Shown piece after piece: positions 10,140-18,861 of a stretch of DNA of 64,000 bases. The translations under genes and the position numbers were made by a program. How positions within the stretch are numbered: the stretch's first letter is position 1; the number at the start of each line of letters is the position of its first letter. The notes beneath the pieces were generated by a model, which saw nothing but the letters and a program-made list of their open reading frames with translations, was not told the DNA's origin and searched no databases. Source of the stretch: Candidatus Bathyarchaeota archaeon (GTDB lineage: Archaea; Thermoproteota; Bathyarchaeia; Bathyarchaeales; Bathycorpusculaceae); contig CAWHDT010000002.1 in assembly GCA_963828195.1 (NCBI GenBank), positions 14,391-78,390 of the forward strand, given 5' to 3'.

Positions 10140-10750
10140 GCAAGACAAAAGGGATTTACGGCAGCAAAATCAAGAAGGCAACTCAGATACTTTTCTATAA
10201 GCGTCACCAGAAACCAGGCGTTAAAGGCTGGGAACTGCGCAAAGCCTTAGGTTCAGATTACCCCAAAGTGCTCGACTTACTGGACGATTACCTCAAACCT
10301 CTGGATTTACAGGTAAAAACAATTTTTGAAGAAGAAAAAACACCTGAAAAGCCAACATTGGACGAGTTGGACAAAGCAAGATTCTACGTTGCCCTAAGAG
10401 GCGACTTAGCGACGAAGGACAAGCTGATGGGGTGGCGCATCGACGACCTAGCAGGCTTAGCCATAACAATCTCCTACATCATCAGCAAGAAAGGGCAAGC
10501 AGCGCGAAAAGATGTTGAAAAACTGCTTGGCGAGAAAATGCCCAACTGGAAAATCGGCTTAAACATCGAACGCTACATTCGCTACGGCTACCTTGGGCAA
10601 GATGATAATGGCCAACTATTTTTGGATTGGAGGACACGGGCAGAAGTGGACCAAAAAGCGCTAATCAACATGTTGCTCTCAAGTGAAGCACAAAAAGCAG
10701 AAACCGCAGAGCCTAAAGAAGAAGAAATACAAGACGAAGAAAACGAATAA
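10136..10750 (+). CDS. Kite-family tandem winged-helix subunit (ScpB/Nse1/Nse3-MAGE-like)
   Basis: About 200 aa with two predicted winged helices; LAGLAITISYIISKKG...RYIRYGYL...LFLDWRTRAE; TTGA overlap with the upstream stop. Confidence 0.68.
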   Translation: MSKTKGIYGSKIKKATQILFYKRHQKPGVKGWELRKALGSDYPKVLDLLDDYLKPLDLQVKTIFEEEKTPEKPTLDELDKARFYVALRGDLATKDKLMGWRIDDLAGLAITISYIISKKGQAARKDVEKLLGEKMPNWKIGLNIERYIRYGYLGQDDNGQLFLDWRTRAEVDQKALINMLLSSEAQKAETAEPKEEEIQDEENE

Positions 10751-11085
10751 AAAAGGAAAAACCCCAATAAATCATGCATTAAATTTTAGTACCCACACAA
10801 CGGTGGATTCGCCTTGTTGATTTAGGATTTTTTTAGAGGTCAAACTAAAGAGAAACAGTTCAGTACTGCACTTGACAAATACTGGAAATTCCTTTTTATC
10901 TCGTAACAAGCAAGCCTCAGCTGCCTCGCGGCAACTTAGACCGTTGGTGTATTAAACGTGTTGGCCACGGATCAGCTGGCAGAAATGATAGTAGGATAAC
11001 CGTGGAATTAGGAGTTCCAATTGTAAGCGACGTCTCAGCGTATCCTTGCAATATATTCCAAAGCATAAAACGAGCGAGGCATAAG

Positions 11086-11385
11086 ATGTCTAAGGGCAGG
11101 AGCCGCAATCGGCATAAACTTCGGATAATTTATGATATTCTTGATTGCTGCAGTGCTAAGCCCTTAATTATCTCTCATATTGCACGCAAAGCTAACGTTA
11201 GTAGCTTGCCTTTTTATGAAATAATTGAGGGATTAATTAAATCGGGTTTATTGACTAAGCAAGAAATCGGCAAATCTGCATTCTATAAGACTTCGCCTTC
11301 TGGTTACGACTTCATTAAGAAATATCATGATTTACTTTTTATGGTTAAACCGATATTGGACGCTTCTGAAACGTTCATTGTGTAA
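11086..11385 (+). CDS. Winged-helix DNA-binding protein
   Basis: RNRHKLRIIYDIL...ISHIARKANVS...LIKSGLL...YKTSPSG. Confidence 0.8.
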   Translation: MSKGRSRNRHKLRIIYDILDCCSAKPLIISHIARKANVSSLPFYEIIEGLIKSGLLTKQEIGKSAFYKTSPSGYDFIKKYHDLLFMVKPILDASETFIV

Positions 11386-11581
11386 TCGAGTTTCCAACTT
11401 TAGAACTCTTGCCTTTGCTTCTGTCATTGTTCTTTGTTGCTGTTGTATTTAGGCATCGAAAAACCAGAAATAATCAATCAGATTAGGGAAAGAAACTTTG
11501 ACTTACTGTTCTTTTAGCGGAACAACCTGTTCTTAGGGGAGAGCTATAAGTTTAAAGTACCTACCTAAGCAGGGACAACGT

Positions 11582-12724
11582 ATGAAAAGACAAATGGTCA
11601 TAGTTATCACAATTACAATTTGCTTGGTGCTGTATTCATCCATGATCTCTGCTTGTTGGGCTGATGATTCTTGGACATTGAAAGCTCCGATGCTTGAAGG
11701 TAGAAGTGGGCTAGGGGCGGTAGCTCTCAACGAAAGTATCTATGCAATTGGAGGGGCTACATCAAACGGTTTTTGCAGTTTCAACGAAGAGTATAATACA
11801 ACAACAGGAACTTGGGCATCTAAGGCATCCATGCCCACCGCTAGAAGCGCTTTTGCCATAGCAAGTTTCCAAGACAAAATCTATTGTATAGGTGGCTATG
11901 CATTGATTAATAATCAGGGATTGCCAGTTAACGTAAATGAAGTCTATGACCCAACGACTGATTCTTGGTCTACCAAAGCACCAATGCCTACGCCCGAACT
12001 AAATGTCCGTGCAAATGTTATTGATGGTAAAATCTATGTGATTGGTGGCAATAATAATGGAACGTTAAACCAAGTATACGACCCATTGACTGATTCATGG
12101 ACAATTGAAGCACCCATACCAACTGCTGTAAGTTCCTATGCTTCTGCAGTAGCATATGGGAAAATCTACATATTCACAAGCAACCTGACGCAAATCTATA
12201 ATCCAACAAACGATAGTTGGAGCAACGGAACACCTGCTCCTTTACCCATAATCTTGGCAAACGCTGGAGTTACTTCAGGGGTATATGCACCAGAAAGGAT
12301 TTACATATTTGGCGTTAATGCTCAACTACCTTATTGGCAACTAACCACAAAAGGGTTTATAACTCAGAGTTATGACCCAAAAAATGATAGTTGGCAAACA
12401 TGCAGTCCCATGCAGAATGGGCGTTATGACGTTGGCGTCGCAAGTGTCAATGATTTACTTTTCTTAATCGGTGGCTATACCACTCAATCAGGGTCAGGGC
12501 TTAACCCAAACCCCATTTACACCTACAGCACAGTAAATGAACAGTATACGCCATTAGATTACAGCACTACACCACTACCAACTGACCCATCAAGCGTTCC
12601 AGAGCTGACTTATTGCGCACCTCTAATCGTTTTCTTCTTCGGAACCATAACTGTAATAGTCTTAATTGCTAAAAAAAGCGGTCAACCTTTTACTCCACTA
12701 AAGACAGCGCCCACCCGTTTTTAG
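11582..12724 (+). CDS. Secreted, membrane-anchored Kelch-repeat protein
   Basis: Signal peptide; repeats IYAIGG, IYCIGG, IYVIGG with YDP..DSW; C-terminal VPEL followed by a TM segment and KK (PEF-CTERM-like). Confidence 0.9.
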   Translation: MKRQMVIVITITICLVLYSSMISACWADDSWTLKAPMLEGRSGLGAVALNESIYAIGGATSNGFCSFNEEYNTTTGTWASKASMPTARSAFAIASFQDKIYCIGGYALINNQGLPVNVNEVYDPTTDSWSTKAPMPTPELNVRANVIDGKIYVIGGNNNGTLNQVYDPLTDSWTIEAPIPTAVSSYASAVAYGKIYIFTSNLTQIYNPTNDSWSNGTPAPLPIILANAGVTSGVYAPERIYIFGVNAQLPYWQLTTKGFITQSYDPKNDSWQTCSPMQNGRYDVGVASVNDLLFLIGGYTTQSGSGLNPNPIYTYSTVNEQYTPLDYSTTPLPTDPSSVPELTYCAPLIVFFFGTITVIVLIAKKSGQPFTPLKTAPTRF

Positions 12725-13203
12725 ATGGATCCTGACGGGTTCTGTGTAAGATTCAAGAACTGACCCTCATAACAATAAGGATTATTGGTCTGGATGACGA
12801 ACATCGTTTGGTTCTGGTAAATCCATATGTAAGGCATAATAAAGTTCACTTGGAGAAGGTCACCGCTTTTAATTTGATAATTTAGCGCTTGCGCCATACT
12901 TACTGCTGAGCCGTTCAGGTAAGTATTTACTCCGCTGATTTCTTCGGTAGCCTGTTCCCCTTCAACCGTGCCTGGGTTGATAATAATTTTTTGTATATTT
13001 TCTGATTGCATAGCATTCACGGATACTGAAATATTGTAATATCCATTGTTTACTGTGAAGCCTTGACATTGAATATCAAAAGTTTCGCCAGGCATATGGG
13101 GCACCTGATTTTGGTCTCCAGTCGCATATGATACGAGCATTAGGCTACCTATTATTGCGAGGGGAATGAGGATTATTAGCGCACTGACGATGGACTTTTT
13201 CAC
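12721..13203 (-). CDS. Hypothetical exported protein
   Basis: MKK followed by a hydrophobic segment; N/Q/T-rich body. Confidence 0.65.
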   Translation of the reverse strand: MKKSIVSALIILIPLAIIGSLMLVSYATGDQNQVPHMPGETFDIQCQGFTVNNGYYNISVSVNAMQSENIQKIIINPGTVEGEQATEEISGVNTYLNGSAVSMAQALNYQIKSGDLLQVNFIMPYIWIYQNQTMFVIQTNNPYCYEGQFLNLTQNPSGSI

Positions 13204-13723
13204 TTCTAATTGCCTTCTACTTCACAACATTGCAAGGTCATCTATGCTATAACAAATTAAGCATGTAGCACGGTTTACACACAAGGTGCGTGTCAGGTGT
13301 GCAATCATAGATTTTATAAGCAGGTACTTGCTGACTTGCTATCAACAGCTATTATCTCGCAAGTGTAGAGGCCTACGGACTAACGCCCTGTCTAGCCTTT
13401 AGCCAAGGCTAAAAGTAGATTTGGAGTGTGCCATTATACCGCATCGAAAATCTCCTAGCGGAGTCGCTAGAAACTTTATTCGGTACACTGCAAAGTTTGA
13501 CCGCTTAAAGAAAGAAAGAATAAACGTGTTGACTGGTGGCGAAGTTTTAGCTGTGCTTAGCAAGGCTTTCCTGAGAACCCTTCCTATTGCAATCGTGAAG
13601 CGAATTGTTAAAACATAAAATGTGGTTAGGGAAATAATCGTTTAGGTTATTTGTAAATTCCTTTGCTGAATCATTTTAATGCGTAATTTGTCCAAGAATT
13701 AACTTTAAATTCCGCTTCTATGT

Positions 13724-14008
13724 TCATTGACTGATTGGTTCCAACGTGACTTCTAGGGCGTACCCTTCGAGGCTTGCTTCGTTGCGCTTCAGTAATGCTA
13801 CGGTAAGTTTTGGGATAGCTATGCGTCCATCTTTTTGCATGTTGGCCCAGAAGCTTTCTCGAACGCCCAGCAAGCCAACGATGGTTACGGTGACAACTAA
13901 AACTTCAGATGGGTCCAGCTTGTATTCCCATCGTATAAGCTTAGGAACCTGCAGGCGATTCTGCTTCTGCAACATCGTTTTGAAACTTACTCTTTGAGTT
14001 AGCGGCAA
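13724..14008 (-). CDS. Tandem AbrB/MazE-like DNA-binding protein
   Basis: QKQNRLQVPKLIR and QKDGRIAIPK swapped-hairpin motifs; TTG at 14008 after AGGTG. Confidence 0.7.
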   Translation of the reverse strand: MPLTQRVSFKTMLQKQNRLQVPKLIRWEYKLDPSEVLVVTVTIVGLLGVRESFWANMQKDGRIAIPKLTVALLKRNEASLEGYALEVTLEPISQ

Positions 14009-14031
14009 CCAAACACCTTGCAAATACTATC

Positions 14032-14087
14032 AGGACTTTTAGGTTCGAACAGGAACTTTTCAATACGTTCTAGGACTTTTTAATACG
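14032..14087. repeat. Three direct repeats AGG(A)ACTTTT with about 20 bp period upstream of the AbrB-like gene
   Basis: Copies at 14032, 14051 and 14072; the last two are followed by AATACG. Confidence 0.55.
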
Positions 14088-14260
14088 CAGCCTGCAAAGG
14101 ATTTAACCTTTATTTCAAAAAAGCAACCCAAAACAAACAGAACAAAAAACAGTTTCTTCAGCACGGCACCAAAAAACTCTACTTAAGCTATGTGCTAATT
14201 ATTCTTAAGAAGATAGATTCGGCGACGTTTCATCGCCAAAGTCAGCCCGTCATGGACCGC

Positions 14261-14698
14261 TTAGGTGATGCTTACGTTCTGGATGTCGAAATAGCGTTTT
14301 GCTAAAAAGCGCAAACGTTCAGCGTTTTTGCCGTTTTTGCCTATTGCGACGCCCTTGTCTTTTGGGTTGATAGTGATGACTGCCATTTTTTTGCCGTCGG
14401 TTCGTTCGGTAACGCGTACTTCTCTGACCGCTGCTGGTTTTAGGGCGTTTTTCATGAATGTAACTGGGTCTTCGCTGTACTCTATGATTTCGTGTTTTTT
14501 GCCTGTCATTCGCTCAAGCGTGTGAATGTTTCTGCCGCCTTTACCTATGGCAATTCCAACTTGGCCTTGGTTAACGATGAATATTGCTCGTTGCTCTACC
14601 TCGTCTACAATGCAGTCTTTAACGCTGGCGCCGCTTATGCTTTCAAACAGTGCTATGTAACGCATTTCGTCGCAGGTAATTTTTATGCCGGTTGTCAG
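14261..14698 (-). CDS. nusA: Archaeal NusA (KH domains); probable CTG start
   Basis: GIAIGKGG and GVAIGKNG KH motifs; GGAGG precedes CTG ACA ACC GGC ATA AAA ATT, in frame with the ATG at 14665. Confidence 0.93.
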   Translation of the reverse strand: MTTGIKITCDEMRYIALFESISGASVKDCIVDEVEQRAIFIVNQGQVGIAIGKGGRNIHTLERMTGKKHEIIEYSEDPVTFMKNALKPAAVREVRVTERTDGKKMAVITINPKDKGVAIGKNGKNAERLRFLAKRYFDIQNVSIT

Positions 14699-14715
14699 TT
14701 TTTTTCCTCCATTTT

Positions 14716-15027
14716 TTATTCTTTAACTTCTTCAGTTAATTTGAGAATTTCTGAATCCCCGGTTTCTCGGATGCTCAAGGCTGATATAATAAAGAGTTTT
14801 TTGCAGACTTCCGCCAAATCCATTGAGCCACCTTTGTATGTTATCACGGGGACTTTAGAGATTTCTCCATAGTATTCTATCTGTTCTTTTATGTCTTGTG
14901 GACAGTTAGAAGCTAAAACTATCATCTTAGCCTTGCCTGTTTTAGCGTTCTGCAATGCAACGTTGGCTCCGAAGGATACTTTGCCGGTTTTCACTGCGGT
15001 CGCTAATGCTTTATCTATATCTATCAT
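14716..15027 (-). CDS. rpl30e: 50S ribosomal protein L30e
   Basis: AVKTGKVSFG, IVLASNCP, GDSEIL; canonical position. Confidence 0.96.
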   Translation of the reverse strand: MIDIDKALATAVKTGKVSFGANVALQNAKTGKAKMIVLASNCPQDIKEQIEYYGEISKVPVITYKGGSMDLAEVCKKLFIISALSIRETGDSEILKLTEEVKE

Positions 15028-18000
15028 GTTTCTGTTTTTCCTCCTTGTTTTGCCTGTTTATCAAATGTTGACATGTATAATTCAACTAAGCCTGTGCCGA
15101 TTGGTATCGACTGCCCTACTATAACGTTTTCTGTTACACCTGCCAAGGGGTCACTTTCGCCTTTCACAGCCGCTTCAACAATGTTAGGCACTGTAATTTC
15201 GAATGCCGCGCGGGCTAAAACACTTGCTTTTTTGCCGCTTATGCCGTGCCTGCCGATTTGCTGCACATTTCCAGTTGTCGTCATCATGTCTGCTACGAGC
15301 ATAACGTGGCGCACATCAACATCTAAGCCCTGATCTTCCAAGACGCCTTTTGCCTCGTGGACTAACGCGTTTCTTGAAGCCTCCACACCTAAAGTATTGG
15401 CAATCTCGTGAATGTTGTTGGTGCTTGTTCGTGAAGTATCTACTCCGTGGACTTCTAAGACTTTAGACAGGTTTGAGCCATCAGTGCGTATTACCCATTC
15501 GCCGCTTTCTTCAGTCACTAGCACACGTTTAATGTCAGGTACACCTTTAACTTGAAAACCTGGAATCTTCGTTAACATCCTCTTCAGTTGCTCAGCTTTT
15601 TTCGGCTTAATCTGCACCATATAATCAGTAATGGTCACCGTCGCGTTTTGCAGTTCCAACCGCTCCTTCAGCTCATCCATCGTTATGTTTCGGTCATCCA
15701 TCATTGACTTGCTTAATTCAATAACGATTTCTTCACGCACAGGGTCCTCATAGATCGCGGAAGCCAAGTTTTCGACTGAAGTGTAAATTATGTTCCTTGC
15801 AACTTCAACAGCGCCTTCTTTGCTCTTCGCGAATTCGCCCATTAAGTAAATCGTCATGATTGGCGTTGAAGGAATTCTGCGTGCATCAACGATTTCGATG
15901 AGTCTGGGTAAGCCTAAGGTGACGTTTTGTTCTTTGACACCAGCGTAGTGGAAGGTTCTAAGAGTCATCTGCGTACCAGGTTCACCTATTGACTGGGCTG
16001 CAACGATTCCCACTGCTTCGCCAGGCTCCATTAAGGCGCGTTTGTATTGTTCAGCAGTTGAGGTGGTGGCTTTTTCAACACTTTTCTTGGTTAGTTTGTT
16101 CTTAGCGAAGTTTTGTTTAAGCTGATTCAGCAAAATCGGCGTAAGCTGTTCCTCAACCCGTTTCAGCTGTTTCTTGATTTCTTCGGCTGATGCAGCTTCT
16201 CCTTTTTCTTCGCCGATTTTTATCTGGTCAATAAGCCGGTTGACGTTTACTGCTTTGCCATGGTCGCTTTTAGCTGGGTCAACACCATCTTCTCCATAAC
16301 GGAACTGGATTATATCGCCCGATGAATCTCGAACTGTGCTGTCATATTCTAATCTGACGTGCTCTAAAGCGTTAATCAAACGTCTTTGCATGTAACCGCT
16401 TTGTTGAGTTCGGACGGCTGTGTCAACTAGTCCTTCTCTGCCACCCATCGCGTGGAAGAAGAATTCAATCGCGTCTAAACCTGTCTGGTAAGAGTTGTAG
16501 ACAAAGCCTCTTGCTCTGGGACTTGGGTCACCATCGACGAAGTGCGGCAGCGCTCTTCCAGCATAGCCTCGCAAGATACGTTTGCCTCGCACTGATTGTT
16601 GCCCAACACAAGCAGCCATTTGACCGATGTTCAGGCTTGAACCTCTCGCGCCCGTTCGCGTCATGACAATGCCAGCGTTCTCCAATGTGAAGTCGTCGTC
16701 TGCTATTTTGCCCGATTCATCTCTGGCGGTGGCAAGCTCGTGCATGACGTAGATTTCAAATGATTCCTCTAAGGTCTGCCCAGGCAAGCGCGGCAGGGTT
16801 CCGTTGCGGTAGTTTTCGATGAGTTCATCGATTTTCTTTTGGATACGCTCCATCGTCTTTGCCATGCGATTGCGGGCTTTCGGCGAGAGAACAAGTTGGT
16901 CGTAGGTGTAGCTGAATCCCCGCATGGAAATGTACAGTTTCAGCAGATGAGTTACCTTGTTGAGGAATTCGCGTCCTGCTGGCGTGCCGTAGTCTTTGAT
17001 TATTCTGTGAAGGAGACTTTCGGATTGTTCGGAGCCGATTGATTTCCTGTCAATTATGCCTGAAACTAGTTGGCCATTCCTGACTACCACGTAGGCGTCG
17101 TGTTTGCATTCTTCTTCTTCGCATTTAGTGCAGCCTTGACAAATGTTGGCTTTCAACACGTAATTGAGGGTTTTTGGCAGGAAGAGACTGAAGATTTGTT
17201 TTCCCGACCACATCGGTTGGGGTTCCTTGATTTCTGGCTCTGGCAGTTCGCCTTCATATTGAGTTGTGGTTAGAAGCCTGTTAACTTGACTTCGAGTCAA
17301 ATAGCTTCCTTTTCGTGTGAAGTAATAGGCGCTTGTGATAAAGTCTCTAATTGCACCGATGATGGGTCCGCCGAATCTGGGTGAGAGAATCTGGTCTTGA
17401 ACCTGCATTAGCAACAGCGCTTCGGTCCGTGCTTCTTCGCTTTGTGGAACGTGAAGGTTCATTTCGTCGCCGTCAAAGTCAGCGTTGTAGGGGGGGCAAA
17501 CGCAGAGGTGAAGGCGGAAAGTCTTGTACGGCAAAACCCGAACGTAATGAGCCATAATTGACATGCGGTGAAGTGAAGGCTGCCGATTAAAGATTGCAAT
17601 GTCGCCGTTCTTTAGGTGACGTTCAACCACGAATCCTAATTCTACAGCTTCAGCGATTTTGGTTCGGTCAACAACGAATTCAAGCCTAATGCGCTTTCCA
17701 TCAGGCCTAATAATGTATAAGGCGCCAGGATAGTTTTCTGGACCGTTAATTACGAGTTTCTTGAGTTCATCAATGTTCCACGCTGTGACTTTTTCTGGAA
17801 CAGATAACCGCATAGCAACATCTACCGGCACACCCACCTCGTTAATGTCAAGGTTCGGATCGGGGGAAATAACTGTGCGGGCTGAAAAGTCAACTCGTTT
17901 GCCTGATAGGTTGCTTCTGAAGCGGCCTTCTTTTCCCTTTAGCCTTTGCGAGAGAGTCTTCAATGCTCTGCCGCTGCGGTGCCTTGCCGGCGGAATGCCT

Positions 18001-18860
18001 GAGGCTTCGTTGTTAAAGTAGGTGGTAACATGGTACTGTAAAAGCTCTGAGAGGTCTTGAATGATAAGTGTCGGTGCACCTGCTTCCATGTTCTCTTTCA
18101 GACGCTGATTAATACGGATGATGTCTACAAGCTTATGAGTTAAGTCATCTTCAGAACGGATACCTGATTCTAACGTGATTGATGGGCGAACGTAAACTGG
18201 AGGAACAGGTAAAACCTGCAGAACCATCCATTCTGGACGGGCAACTTTCGGGTTAAACCCTAAGATTTCAAGGTCTTCGTCTGAGACGCGTTCAAGCCTT
18301 TCACGGATCATGCTGGGAGTCAAGGGTTCAGAGCCTGCTTCAGTCTGCTCGATAAACTTTGTCGGTTTCTCAAATGTAATCTTGTATTGTGCGGAGGCGC
18401 AGTAGGGACATTGCTTAGCTTTTATTTCAGTCATTATCTCCTTGTAAACTTCATCTGGAATTGTGCCTAAAAGCTCGTTGTAACGTTCGATTCGTGCGCG
18501 CGCTTTCTTTGCAGCGTCTTCGGACAGGAGTATGCGACCGCAACTGCGGCATGTGGCTTTCAAGAGGTCGAAGATAATTTTTGTAAATTCTATATGGACA
18601 ATCGGCACGGCTAGTTCAATGTGCCCAAAATGCCCCGGGCAGCGAATAGCTGTGTTGCCGCAGGTTTTGCATCTTTGCCTTGGCTCAAGAGTTCCTAATC
18701 TACCATCCATTAAGCCAGCGGTGATGGGTGCGCCGTCTTCGTCGTAGGTGTCTGGTGTCTGGATTTCAACGACTGATTGTTTTCTGAGGTCTTTAGGTGA
18801 GATTAAGCCGAATGAGATTTCATCGACTATTTTATGGATTAGTTCTTCCTGTTGGGACAT
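15024..18860 (-). CDS. rpoA1: RNA polymerase largest subunit, fused A'+A''
   Basis: CPGHFGHIEL, YNADFDGDEMN and A''-type AQSIGEPGTQMTLRTFH in one 1278-aa ORF. Confidence 0.98.
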   Translation of the reverse strand: MSQQEELIHKIVDEISFGLISPKDLRKQSVVEIQTPDTYDEDGAPITAGLMDGRLGTLEPRQRCKTCGNTAIRCPGHFGHIELAVPIVHIEFTKIIFDLLKATCRSCGRILLSEDAAKKARARIERYNELLGTIPDEVYKEIMTEIKAKQCPYCASAQYKITFEKPTKFIEQTEAGSEPLTPSMIRERLERVSDEDLEILGFNPKVARPEWMVLQVLPVPPVYVRPSITLESGIRSEDDLTHKLVDIIRINQRLKENMEAGAPTLIIQDLSELLQYHVTTYFNNEASGIPPARHRSGRALKTLSQRLKGKEGRFRSNLSGKRVDFSARTVISPDPNLDINEVGVPVDVAMRLSVPEKVTAWNIDELKKLVINGPENYPGALYIIRPDGKRIRLEFVVDRTKIAEAVELGFVVERHLKNGDIAIFNRQPSLHRMSIMAHYVRVLPYKTFRLHLCVCPPYNADFDGDEMNLHVPQSEEARTEALLLMQVQDQILSPRFGGPIIGAIRDFITSAYYFTRKGSYLTRSQVNRLLTTTQYEGELPEPEIKEPQPMWSGKQIFSLFLPKTLNYVLKANICQGCTKCEEEECKHDAYVVVRNGQLVSGIIDRKSIGSEQSESLLHRIIKDYGTPAGREFLNKVTHLLKLYISMRGFSYTYDQLVLSPKARNRMAKTMERIQKKIDELIENYRNGTLPRLPGQTLEESFEIYVMHELATARDESGKIADDDFTLENAGIVMTRTGARGSSLNIGQMAACVGQQSVRGKRILRGYAGRALPHFVDGDPSPRARGFVYNSYQTGLDAIEFFFHAMGGREGLVDTAVRTQQSGYMQRRLINALEHVRLEYDSTVRDSSGDIIQFRYGEDGVDPAKSDHGKAVNVNRLIDQIKIGEEKGEAASAEEIKKQLKRVEEQLTPILLNQLKQNFAKNKLTKKSVEKATTSTAEQYKRALMEPGEAVGIVAAQSIGEPGTQMTLRTFHYAGVKEQNVTLGLPRLIEIVDARRIPSTPIMTIYLMGEFAKSKEGAVEVARNIIYTSVENLASAIYEDPVREEIVIELSKSMMDDRNITMDELKERLELQNATVTITDYMVQIKPKKAEQLKRMLTKIPGFQVKGVPDIKRVLVTEESGEWVIRTDGSNLSKVLEVHGVDTSRTSTNNIHEIANTLGVEASRNALVHEAKGVLEDQGLDVDVRHVMLVADMMTTTGNVQQIGRHGISGKKASVLARAAFEITVPNIVEAAVKGESDPLAGVTENVIVGQSIPIGTGLVELYMSTFDKQAKQGGKTET

Positions 18861-18861
18861 T

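Noticed and set aside
7387-10750. Wadjet/MksBEFG, Rad50-Mre11 or RecN interpretation of the SMC operon
   Set aside because: No JetD/Toprim or Mre11 gene, no CxxC hook, the SMC comes first, and the head motifs fit the SMC5/6 type better.
13421-13618. 65-aa ORF and nearby hairpin TTTAGCC-AA-GGCTAAA as an IS remnant
   Set aside because: No transposase motif or terminal repeats could be supported.
15024-18860. Fused rpoA'/A'' as a novelty
   Set aside because: Already known in several TACK lineages; useful only as a taxonomic clue.
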